From: an uncultured Actinomycetes bacterium
Lineage (GTDB): Bacteria; Actinomycetota; Actinomycetes; Nanopelagicales; Nanopelagicaceae
Length of the DNA stretch: 64,000 bases
Direction: 5' to 3'
Assembly (NCBI GenBank): GCA_903822425.1
Contig: CAIJOY010000011.1
Coordinates: 3,408-67,407 of the forward strand
A model generated the notes under the pieces. It searched no databases and had not been told where the DNA came from. It saw only the letters and a program-made list of their open reading frames with translations. A program made the position numbers and the translations under genes. Of this stretch, positions 29,987 to 38,329 are shown piece by piece (the stretch's first letter is position 1; the number at the start of each line of letters is the position of its first letter).

Positions 29987-31330
29987 ATGAAAAAGCGGGC
30001 GATATTCTGGTTTCGTCGGGATCTTCGCCTTGGGGATAATCCCGCACTTCTAGCGGCAATAGCTGAATCGGATGAATTGATTCCAGTATTTATTATGGAT
30101 GATGCAATTGCAGAAAGGGCCGGTGCTCATCGTCGGGCATATCTGGCTGCATCACTACGAAGTTTGGATCAATCCTTAGACGGCCACCTTCACGTGATAT
30201 CCGGAGACCCCATAAAAATTCTTTCCGATCTTAAAAAACGTCATAGCGCGACTTCTGTCCATGTCGCTGCTGAATTCGCACCCTACGGTGTTGCTCGTGA
30301 CGCAAAAGTTGAGCAAGCCGGAATCGAACTTACTAAAACAGGCAGCCCCTATGCAATTGCCCCAGGACGAATAAGAAAAAGTGATGAAACCCCTTATCGT
30401 GTCTACACCCCATTTTTTAAAGCGTGGTCGGCACATGGCTGGCGACAACCAGTTGCGGCTCCTAAAGATTTTCATCTGGTCACACCAGAAAAGTCAGATC
30501 GCCAGTTTCCCCAATGGGAAATCCCCGAAGGTGTTTTGCTGACTCCAGCAGGTGAAAGTGCAGCTTTACAACGCTGGAAAACTTTTCTTGCCGCAAGTGT
30601 TGAAAATTATGATCAACAAAGAAACCTAGCCGGGATAGATGGCACGAGCAAGCTGAGCGCACATTTGCGATGGGGCGAAATACACCCACGAACTATTTTG
30701 GCGTCATTGAAAAGTACAAGCGGCGATGAAGTATTTCGTAAAGAGATTGCTTGGCGAGAATTCTATGCTGACGTCCTTCACCATAATCCTCACACTTCTC
30801 GCGAATATTACGCACCGCGCTTTGCTTCGATGCGCTATGAAAAACCCGGAGAGCATTTTCAGAATTGGTGCGAGGGAAAGACTGGTTACCCCTTTGTAGA
30901 TGCAGCGATGAGGCAATTAGTTCAAGAAGGTTGGATGCATAACCGCACAAGGATGGTAGTTGCCTCCTTTCTTGTAAAAGATTTACACATTGAATGGCAA
31001 CACGGGGCTAATTTCTTTATGAAATACCTCATTGATAATGATGTGGCTTCAAATTCTCATGGCTGGCAATGGACTGCTGGATGTGGCACAGATGCCTCTC
31101 CTTATTACCGGATTTTTAATCCCATCGAGCAAGGCAAAAGATTTGACGAAGACGGTTCTTATATTAGGAAATATATTCCAGAACTAGCCCACCTTTCAGC
31201 TGTAAAAATTCATGAGCCGTGGTTACACGATGACGCGTATTCCCACGGGTACCCCAAGAGAATTGTCGACCATGCGAAAGAACGTTTGGAATCTCTGGCA
31301 CGACTAGCTGAGATTAAAGCTCCCCTCTGA
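29987..31330 (+). CDS. phr: Deoxyribodipyrimidine photolyase (class I CPD / cryptochrome-photolyase family)
   Basis: 447 aa. It has an N-terminal WFRRDLRL.DNPAL motif, a TGYPFVDAAMRQL..EGWMHNR FAD-binding region and W.WTAG...DA.PYYRIFNP. Confidence 0.92.
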   Translation: MKKRAIFWFRRDLRLGDNPALLAAIAESDELIPVFIMDDAIAERAGAHRRAYLAASLRSLDQSLDGHLHVISGDPIKILSDLKKRHSATSVHVAAEFAPYGVARDAKVEQAGIELTKTGSPYAIAPGRIRKSDETPYRVYTPFFKAWSAHGWRQPVAAPKDFHLVTPEKSDRQFPQWEIPEGVLLTPAGESAALQRWKTFLAASVENYDQQRNLAGIDGTSKLSAHLRWGEIHPRTILASLKSTSGDEVFRKEIAWREFYADVLHHNPHTSREYYAPRFASMRYEKPGEHFQNWCEGKTGYPFVDAAMRQLVQEGWMHNRTRMVVASFLVKDLHIEWQHGANFFMKYLIDNDVASNSHGWQWTAGCGTDASPYYRIFNPIEQGKRFDEDGSYIRKYIPELAHLSAVKIHEPWLHDDAYSHGYPKRIVDHAKERLESLARLAEIKAPL

Positions 31331-32701
31331 GAAGACTCCAATACCTTCGCGCTTAGCCTGATACATGGCGCTATCGGCACGTCGCAAAATATCGGATGAA
31401 CCATCAATCATCACATGGCCAATGCTTACGCTTACATTTATTTGTTGAGCGCCAAGGAGAAAGGGATAACTCATAGTGCCTCGCAATGCTTGGGCAACTT
31501 CAAGTGTTGTCATGGCATCTCCGGCCACAATGACTGCAAATTCATCGCCGCCTAATCGCGCAAGTAATGCATTTTCGGGAAGTGAGCGCAAAAAACGGAG
31601 TGAGACTTCTTTGAGTAGTTGATCCCCTTTCTCGTGACCGTAGAGATCGTTGATCGGCTTAAAACCATCTAGATCTAATAACAACACTGCGTTGGAACTC
31701 GACGCTGATTTTGATCGTGCATTAAGTTCAAAAATGAATTGGCGACGATTAGGTAAGCCGGTGAGATCATCAGTTCGAGCTAAAATTCTTTCGGTACCTA
31801 TTGATCGCGCTTGCTTTAGGGCGATTGCCATGCGGATAAATGCAAGAACTAGCGTGGCGACACTGGGAACAATTACAAACTTTGGAAGATAGTCGGGGCG
31901 CAGCGAGAGTAAAGAAATAAGTGTGGCACTCATAAAGACTGACAAAGTAATAAAAATTGGATGGAGAGCCTCACCTTTTACTTTCTTGCTGCTGGCATGC
32001 CAGAGAGATTCGCTTACAAGAATAATTCCGCACAACCATCCATCATCAACAAGATTACCAAGCACGTAGTGGCGGTTTAAATACAACCAAAGAAAGTAGA
32101 AATCTGTGGAGGTAAATATTGCTATGCCTAAAACAAGAATGGTACCGCGTATGGAAAAAATTCGATGTACCGCTAGTGAGAACGTCAATGCCAGTAAAAT
32201 CAAGTCCGCAAGAGGGAAAAAAACTGCGAAAAATGTTGAAGCAATATCCCCACCAAAGCTAGGAAGTAATGGATTTAAGAGGAATGCAGATCCCATCGCG
32301 CCTAACCCTAAAACCAAGATTGTGGAATCTAAGAATTCCACAATTCCAAAATTTGGAACCAAACCGAGGATTTTTGGTATTGCAAGAAAAAGACAGGGGT
32401 AGAAAATTGCGTAACAAATGTTTGCGGCGATAGTCGCAGAAAATGGAAGGTGGAAGAACTCTGATGCAGATGAAATCGTTGAGCCAAGAGTCCAAGCTCC
32501 AATTGCAATCGCGAGTACGAAACTACCGCTGCGGCTTTTGGACGAGGAGTTTAATAGGATCGTGACAATGGCGATAACGCCGATGAGGTTATACAGAATG
32601 AGATCAAGAAATATTTCAGGCGATGAGTAAATAAGGCGAGCAAGTATGTGCAGGCTTAGCAGTAATGGAGCTAGAACACGAAGGAACCTTAAACTTCCCA
32701 C
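31304..32701 (-). CDS. Membrane-anchored diguanylate cyclase (multi-TM N-terminal domain plus GGDEF)
   Basis: About 290 aa of TM helices are followed by TDDLTGLPNRR...GHEKGDQLL...RLGGDEFAVIV...ADSAMYQAKREG. GTG start. Confidence 0.82.
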   Translation of the reverse strand: MGSLRFLRVLAPLLLSLHILARLIYSSPEIFLDLILYNLIGVIAIVTILLNSSSKSRSGSFVLAIAIGAWTLGSTISSASEFFHLPFSATIAANICYAIFYPCLFLAIPKILGLVPNFGIVEFLDSTILVLGLGAMGSAFLLNPLLPSFGGDIASTFFAVFFPLADLILLALTFSLAVHRIFSIRGTILVLGIAIFTSTDFYFLWLYLNRHYVLGNLVDDGWLCGIILVSESLWHASSKKVKGEALHPIFITLSVFMSATLISLLSLRPDYLPKFVIVPSVATLVLAFIRMAIALKQARSIGTERILARTDDLTGLPNRRQFIFELNARSKSASSSNAVLLLDLDGFKPINDLYGHEKGDQLLKEVSLRFLRSLPENALLARLGGDEFAVIVAGDAMTTLEVAQALRGTMSYPFLLGAQQINVSVSIGHVMIDGSSDILRRADSAMYQAKREGIGVFSEGSFNLS

Positions 32702-32770
32702 ACCGCAAAGGTATGACTCTTATTGCTCGGCGCTAAATAGGGTTAACCACAGGCAATCACAGGGAAGGAA

Positions 32771-33436
32771 CTACAGTCCTTTGCTGCAGACCAACGCTCT
32801 CATCGACAGCGCCTGAGAAACTCCATCTTTGGCTTGTGCGAGTTGAGCAACAACCTGGGCACGTGTGGCCTGCATAGTTGTCACGGTCTTTCCAGCTTTA
32901 CGGTAATTAGCTGAAGAAAGTGTGTCGAGTCGAATAGCTTTCTTGAGGTTACCGATAGCTGCGGTAAATGTGGCAATAGGTTTGGAGTTAGCAATCGCAT
33001 TAGCTTTATCATCCAATAACGCTTGGCGTGATGCCGTGTATTCAGTGACTTTAAGTTCAAAATCTGCAATTTTAAGATCTAGTGCATCCGCTTTAGCAAC
33101 TTGATCCATGGCGTTGGTTTGCTCCGCTGCAATTTTAAGGTCAAGATCAGCGAGAGTAGTAGGCATTTTTTTGTTATAAGCGATGTATGAATTATTGGCT
33201 TTAACGTAAGAAGCGTTTGCGTTGAGGCAATCCATTGAAACCCAGGTCAACTTCGCATTCTTAACTGTTGGGTTCTTCGCACACTTATAAACGCTGGATC
33301 CGACCTTGGTCGTCGCATTAATTTTTGGACAAGGAACACCATTACTCACACTTACTCCAGCACTTGCTGAAGTTGCGGTAATTACACCGCTCAAGAGCAA
33401 GCCCGTCATTGACACTGCCAGAACTTTGCGAAACAT
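32771..33436 (-). CDS. Secreted hypothetical protein with a Cys-containing N-domain and a coiled-coil-like C-region
   Basis: GGAGG lies 5 nt upstream of ATG 33436. The signal peptide is MFRKVLAVSMTGLLLSGVITATSASA|G. I recognise no family. Confidence 0.5.
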   Translation of the reverse strand: MFRKVLAVSMTGLLLSGVITATSASAGVSVSNGVPCPKINATTKVGSSVYKCAKNPTVKNAKLTWVSMDCLNANASYVKANNSYIAYNKKMPTTLADLDLKIAAEQTNAMDQVAKADALDLKIADFELKVTEYTASRQALLDDKANAIANSKPIATFTAAIGNLKKAIRLDTLSSANYRKAGKTVTTMQATRAQVVAQLAQAKDGVSQALSMRALVCSKGL

Positions 33437-33532
33437 TAGAACCTCCATGAAGTATGGGCTTATCGTAGCCATTGAGCGCATTACCTTCGCGTTAGAACGC
33501 GCGTGCGTCCTATGAATTCGCTGTGAAAAGGT

Positions 33533-34309
33533 CTATTTCTTCCGTTGTTTCCTGCGCATGTTCATGCCAAGTGTGCGAACTAGGGGTCTTGGTCCAAAAC
33601 GTGCGATCGAGGACAAGATTGCGTATTGCCATCCCGGAACAGATACAGCTGCACCTTCTTGTGCATTTTCCCACGCCTTTGCTACGAGGAAATCTGATGT
33701 GATCCACATAAATTCTGGAAGACTTTTCATATAAATATTGGCACGTTGATGAAATTCGGTGCGCGTAAAACCTGGAGCTAAAGCCATTACGGTTACTTCA
33801 GAATTGACAAGTTCGGCATGTAGAGATTCCGATAAGACGGTTAAGTAGGATTTTGCAGCGCTATATGTTCCGCCTGCAATCCATCCCGCAACCGATGAAA
33901 CATTGATGATGATTCCACGATTGCTTGACTTCATAGAAGGCAAGACAGCGTGCATCAGTCGCATAGGCGCTACCACCAGCACATCGAGCATTTGTTGTTC
34001 CGCGCTAATTTCACTAGTTAAGAAGCCAGATTTAATTCCAAAACCTGCATTGTTGATGAGAACTTCAACTGGACGATCTGACTCTGAGAGTCGATTCTCC
34101 ACTTTGGTGAGTTCCTTAGCCTTGGACAAATCTGCAGGCAGCACTTCACATGTGACGCCAAATTCCTTAGAGAGAGTTTCAGCAGTGGCATTAAGGCGAT
34201 CGACATCACGGGCAACCAGGATTAAGTCATAACCTTGTGATGCTAAGAGGCGAGCAAAGCTCGCACCAATGCCGGCTGTAGCCCCTGTGATAAGCGCTGA
34301 TTTCATCAT
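33533..34309 (-). CDS. Short-chain dehydrogenase/reductase (classical SDR)
   Basis: It has TGATAGIG, NNAG and a catalytic S...Y..AK (YSAAK) motif. Confidence 0.87.
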   Translation of the reverse strand: MMKSALITGATAGIGASFARLLASQGYDLILVARDVDRLNATAETLSKEFGVTCEVLPADLSKAKELTKVENRLSESDRPVEVLINNAGFGIKSGFLTSEISAEQQMLDVLVVAPMRLMHAVLPSMKSSNRGIIINVSSVAGWIAGGTYSAAKSYLTVLSESLHAELVNSEVTVMALAPGFTRTEFHQRANIYMKSLPEFMWITSDFLVAKAWENAQEGAAVSVPGWQYAILSSIARFGPRPLVRTLGMNMRRKQRKK

Positions 34310-34338
34310 GTACTCACTTTCTCCCCTAAGATTAAATT

Positions 34339-35247
34339 ATGGTGCTTGCAGTGGATTTAGGACAATCAGGCGGGCGTTTGCGCTGGGATTCTGGTGAGCA
34401 TATTTCTACAAGGGCTAAACGTGGAAACGAGACCCCCATAGAAGTTCTCCGTGATATTTTTACCGAAGCAAAAGCAGCTCATGGTGAATCACTGCGCAAC
34501 GATGTTGTTTCAATGAGCCTTACTGGCTTTTATGGAATAGTTACAGAACCCGCACCTTATGGAGCACTAGTTAATGAATTCTTTGGAGCCAGCCAAGTTG
34601 CAGTTATGGATGATGGTTTAGCGGGTTTTCTCGGTGCTTTAGGTAACGAAGATGGTGTCACTCTCTCAGTTGGCGGAGGAGTTGTAGCAGTTGCTGGACG
34701 CCGCGGGAAATTTGCACATGCCGATGGCCTTGGACACATCTTTGGTGATGAAGGCGGCGGATTCTGGTTAGGCAAACATGTTCTAGAACGAGCACTTGCA
34801 GCTCGTGACGGTAGAGAAAAGGATTCTGCCCTTTTAGAATTCTTTGCTGGCGAGGTACAAGCATTCGATGCACTAGAAAGTAAAACCGGTGGTGAAGCAC
34901 AAGGTCTTTGTATCAACACCGCAAGAAAGGCTCTAGAGGCTGCCGATGCGAAGATAGCAAGTGCTGTAACTATTCGCGATCGAGGAGCAGAGCAATTAGC
35001 GAAATCTGTTGCAGCAGCATGGCTAAAAACTGGTGGCTTAGCTAACGAAGGTTTATTGCTTTCTTTCTTGGGGGGCAATACGAAGAACAAAGGTTATGAA
35101 GAGGCTATCCGTCGCAGAGTTTCATCGCTTTTGCCACAAGCTCGTTTGGTTCCTGCAAAGGGCAATCATCTAGATGGCGCCATTGCAGTTACACAAATCA
35201 TGCAAAGTGATTCAGCACCCCTACTTCGATGGTGGCGTCAATCGTAA
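34339..35247 (+). CDS. BadF/BadG/BcrA/BcrD-type ATPase (N-acetylglucosamine-kinase-like)
   Basis: 302 aa. It has an N-terminal LAVDLGQSGGR phosphate-1 motif and an ASKHA-fold glycine motif (GDEGGGFWLG). Confidence 0.7.
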   Translation: MVLAVDLGQSGGRLRWDSGEHISTRAKRGNETPIEVLRDIFTEAKAAHGESLRNDVVSMSLTGFYGIVTEPAPYGALVNEFFGASQVAVMDDGLAGFLGALGNEDGVTLSVGGGVVAVAGRRGKFAHADGLGHIFGDEGGGFWLGKHVLERALAARDGREKDSALLEFFAGEVQAFDALESKTGGEAQGLCINTARKALEAADAKIASAVTIRDRGAEQLAKSVAAAWLKTGGLANEGLLLSFLGGNTKNKGYEEAIRRRVSSLLPQARLVPAKGNHLDGAIAVTQIMQSDSAPLLRWWRQS

Positions 35248-36906
35248 TTGTGCTGGTGCTCCTGCAGGAACAACTGGTTTGCTAGGAAATATTTGATCTA
35301 TGCGTTTATATCCTTCAGATTGTGAAGGACGTTGATCTGCATCTGACTTATTAGGCCACATCGACAATGCCCTTTCAGCTTGAGCAGTAATTGTGAGTGA
35401 CGGGTTGACACCTAAGTTGGCAGTAATTGTTGAGCCATCGATAACGTGCAACGTTGGGTAATTCCACACTCGATGATAGGGATCGATGACACCTGTTTTC
35501 AGAGAATCTCCGATGACACAACCTCCGACAAAGTGCGCAGTGAAAGGTGCATTGATGAGATCCCCAACGTGTCCTCCGGCCACTCCGTTGTACTTTTCGG
35601 CAATGTGGCGAGCTGTTTGATTAGCAGCTGGAATCCACGTGGCATTGGGATGATTGGGATCATTCTTGGAAGTCAAGTGCCATCCAAATATTCCGCGTTT
35701 TCCGTGCACTGAAATAGATGAATCAACATTTTGCATGACAAGTGCGATCACAGTTCGTTCACTCCAGTGGCGAACATTCAGAAGTTTGGGAAGCAGACCC
35801 GGATGTCTCAATAGAGTTCGCAACCATTGCTTACGACGGATTTTCGATGAACTGCCATCTGTCATGAGAGTTTGCATCAAACCCATGAAGTTGCTTCCTT
35901 TGCCATAACGAACAGGTTCCACATGCGTATGTTCATCAGGAAAGAAGGAAGAGGTGATAGCCGAACCTTTGCTGAAATCTATATCCGTATTTGGCATAGT
36001 CGCACCTACTAGGGACTCACTATTTGTGCGAGAGAGTTCGCCCAGTTGATGTGAAAGATTAGGAAGGACTCCAGAATCCTTCATTTTATGCAAAAGTTTT
36101 TGGGTATTAAATGTTCCAGCAGCAACGATTACTTGCGAGGCCGTTAGTGTGCTGGATTTCGAAAACCATTTCCCCGTTTTTTCTGTGGTTATCTTCCAGT
36201 TGTCATCAGGGAGTTTTTCTATCTTTGTGACAGTAGTGAGTGGGAAAACTTTAGCTCCAAATTTTTCTGCAAGCCCAAGATAATTCTTAGGGAGAGTATT
36301 TTTCGCATTGTGGCGACAGCCCGTCATGCACGCACCACATTGCAGACATCCATCACGATCTGGTCCGACTCCACCAAAGAATGGATCCTTAACTTTTTCT
36401 CCGGACTTATTGCCAAAATGAATTCCTAGTGCTGCCATCTTGAATGTGTGCCCGACGCCCATAGATTCTGCAACACTTTTGATAGCAGCATCACTTGGGG
36501 AGAAATATGGATTCTCCACGACCCCCAACATGCGTCGTGCTTGGTCATACCAAGGTTCTAGCTCTTGCTTCCAATTTGTAATATTTGCCCACTGAGGATC
36601 ATTGAAATAATCATCAGTAGGTTGATACAAAGTATTTGCATAGACCAATGAACCTCCGCCTACTCCAGCACCAGCGAGAATTAAAACGTCAGGAAGTACA
36701 TGGATGCGCTGAATACCCAGCAGCCCTAATTTAGGAAAGAAAAGAAACTTGCGCAGTCGCCAAGACGTTTTTGGGAAATCTTTATCGGAAAAGCGCCGCC
36801 CGGCCTCAAGGACCGCAACTGAATAACCTTTTTCAATTAAGCGAAGAGCCGATACTGAACCACCGAAACCAGAGCCAACGATGATGACGTCGTAGTCTGG
36901 TTTCAT
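35221..36906 (-). CDS. GMC-family FAD oxidoreductase (cholesterol-oxidase/alcohol-oxidase-like)
   Basis: 561 aa. It has YDVIIVGSGFGGSV and a GMC C-terminal region (HV.DGS....LGVNPSLTI.A.AER). Confidence 0.8.
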   Translation of the reverse strand: MKPDYDVIIVGSGFGGSVSALRLIEKGYSVAVLEAGRRFSDKDFPKTSWRLRKFLFFPKLGLLGIQRIHVLPDVLILAGAGVGGGSLVYANTLYQPTDDYFNDPQWANITNWKQELEPWYDQARRMLGVVENPYFSPSDAAIKSVAESMGVGHTFKMAALGIHFGNKSGEKVKDPFFGGVGPDRDGCLQCGACMTGCRHNAKNTLPKNYLGLAEKFGAKVFPLTTVTKIEKLPDDNWKITTEKTGKWFSKSSTLTASQVIVAAGTFNTQKLLHKMKDSGVLPNLSHQLGELSRTNSESLVGATMPNTDIDFSKGSAITSSFFPDEHTHVEPVRYGKGSNFMGLMQTLMTDGSSSKIRRKQWLRTLLRHPGLLPKLLNVRHWSERTVIALVMQNVDSSISVHGKRGIFGWHLTSKNDPNHPNATWIPAANQTARHIAEKYNGVAGGHVGDLINAPFTAHFVGGCVIGDSLKTGVIDPYHRVWNYPTLHVIDGSTITANLGVNPSLTITAQAERALSMWPNKSDADQRPSQSEGYKRIDQIFPSKPVVPAGAPAQLRLTPPSK

Positions 36907-36909
36907 TCT

Positions 36910-38136
36910 CTAAATCTCGATTCCGCTCGTATCTTCATCTCGTATTGTCCAACTTGTTCCATAAGATTCAAGTAGGTCAAGGAAAGGTTTTGGCTCAAAC
37001 CACTCAGGTCCAGCAACACCTGATGGTTGCCAGATCCCTTTATGGATGAGTTCCATGGCAATTACAGGATTGACTGCGGTCTGCCATACAACTGCTTGAT
37101 CACCATATTCAGCCATGGACCAAGCATTATCAACAACGTTGTATAGATAGCAGGCGTAAGGCTTTCCTTCTTTATCTAAACCTTTAACGAGGGCACCAGC
37201 ACAAGTCTTACCGCGCATGCGCTCACCCAACGTAGCTGGATCAGGCAGTGATGCTGCCAGTAGGTCTCTTGGTGAAACAGAAACGCCTTGCACATCAACG
37301 TTTTCTTTTCGATCCATTCCCAACATGTGAATTGTTTTCAGCGTTGTGATGAACTGTGCGCCAAGTCCGTACTTAAAATTAACTTTTTTCGCATCCACTT
37401 TTTGAGGAATGAGGACAACTTCTTCGTGTTCGACGTTAACGCACTCAACGGGTCCAATTCCTTCTGGGAAATCAAATATTTCGATCTCGCTAAATGGCTC
37501 GGTCGTAAACCATCCGCGCCCATCTTCCCAAACCAACGGCGGGTTGAGACATTCTTCGATTGTTGTCCAAATCGAAAAAGATGGAGCAAAGTTGTGACCT
37601 TCAACAGTTAAGTTTGAACCATCAAGAATGGTTATTGAATCTAGTCGACTAAAGAGAAAGTCCGAGGCGTAGCGAGCAAAAACATCGCTCATGCCTGGTT
37701 CAATTCCCATTCCAACAAGGGCATAAATCCCACGCTCTGACCAATTCCAGTCGCGGGCAAATTGCTCATCACCCAACTTCACTCCGGTTTCCGTGTTCGG
37801 ATAGTGAGGATGTGGGCGAGAAAGCGACATAGCCATGTCTATGTAATTTGTGTTTTCAATTTCGCAAGCCAAGAAAATTGGCATAACAAACCGAGGGTCA
37901 ACTGCATTGATTACAACATCAGGTGCTGCTTTGCGAATGAGTTCGCGTATATCTTCAAGTTCTGCGGCATTAACTCCTGCTGCTGAAAATCGTGGATCCT
38001 TGACGCGAGCGACAGCTTCTTCGGCACGGCTCAAATTACGATCGGCAATAACCATAGAAGTAATAAATGGTTTACGTGATGCGATATTTGCGATAGCCCT
38101 GCCAACGCCACCAGCGCCTATTACTAGCGCCTTCAT
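36910..38136 (-). CDS. Saccharopine-dehydrogenase-family protein (the family also contains carboxynorspermidine dehydrogenase)
   Basis: 408 aa. It has an N-terminal Rossmann motif VIGAGGVGRAIA, then DVVINAV and GIEPGMSDVFA motifs. It lies 3 nt upstream of the GMC oxidoreductase gene. Confidence 0.72.
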   Translation of the reverse strand: MKALVIGAGGVGRAIANIASRKPFITSMVIADRNLSRAEEAVARVKDPRFSAAGVNAAELEDIRELIRKAAPDVVINAVDPRFVMPIFLACEIENTNYIDMAMSLSRPHPHYPNTETGVKLGDEQFARDWNWSERGIYALVGMGIEPGMSDVFARYASDFLFSRLDSITILDGSNLTVEGHNFAPSFSIWTTIEECLNPPLVWEDGRGWFTTEPFSEIEIFDFPEGIGPVECVNVEHEEVVLIPQKVDAKKVNFKYGLGAQFITTLKTIHMLGMDRKENVDVQGVSVSPRDLLAASLPDPATLGERMRGKTCAGALVKGLDKEGKPYACYLYNVVDNAWSMAEYGDQAVVWQTAVNPVIAMELIHKGIWQPSGVAGPEWFEPKPFLDLLESYGTSWTIRDEDTSGIEI

Positions 38137-38256
38137 TGTTGGCCTTTCATTGGGAAATTACTCCAGATCAGTTAGATTCCCTAGGCTAACCGATTATGTG
38201 AAATCTGCCAATTTCGCGCTGTACCCTTATCTATGTTTTAAAGTACTAAATAATTT

Positions 38257-38329
38257 GTCCCCGTAGCTCAGTGGATAGAGCAACCGCCTCCTAAGCGGTA
38301 GGTCGCAGGTTCAACTCCCGCCGGGGACA
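38257..38329 (+). tRNA. tRNA-Arg (anticodon CCT)
   Basis: The hand fold gives acceptor GTCCCCG/CGGGGAC, D-arm AGCTCAGTGGATAGAGC, anticodon stem-loop CCGCC-TCCTAAG-CGG and T-arm GCAGG-TTCAACT-CCCGC (one A.C mismatch). No CCA is encoded. Confidence 0.88.

Noticed and set aside
29148-33481. An impression that the esterase-photolyase-GGDEF-secreted protein block is lower in GC and might be a horizontally acquired islet.
   Set aside because: I hand-counted G+C in 60-nt lines. Inside the block I got 22, 27, 22, 29, 22, 25 and 24 of 60. Outside it, values ranged from 22 (pmt) through 27-29 (mmpL, MFS, SDR, GMC) to 32-36 (groEL, citA). The ranges overlap, and membrane genes elsewhere are just as AT-rich. 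There is no integrase, tRNA junction or flanking repeat. A proper sliding-window GC and codon-usage calculation would be needed.
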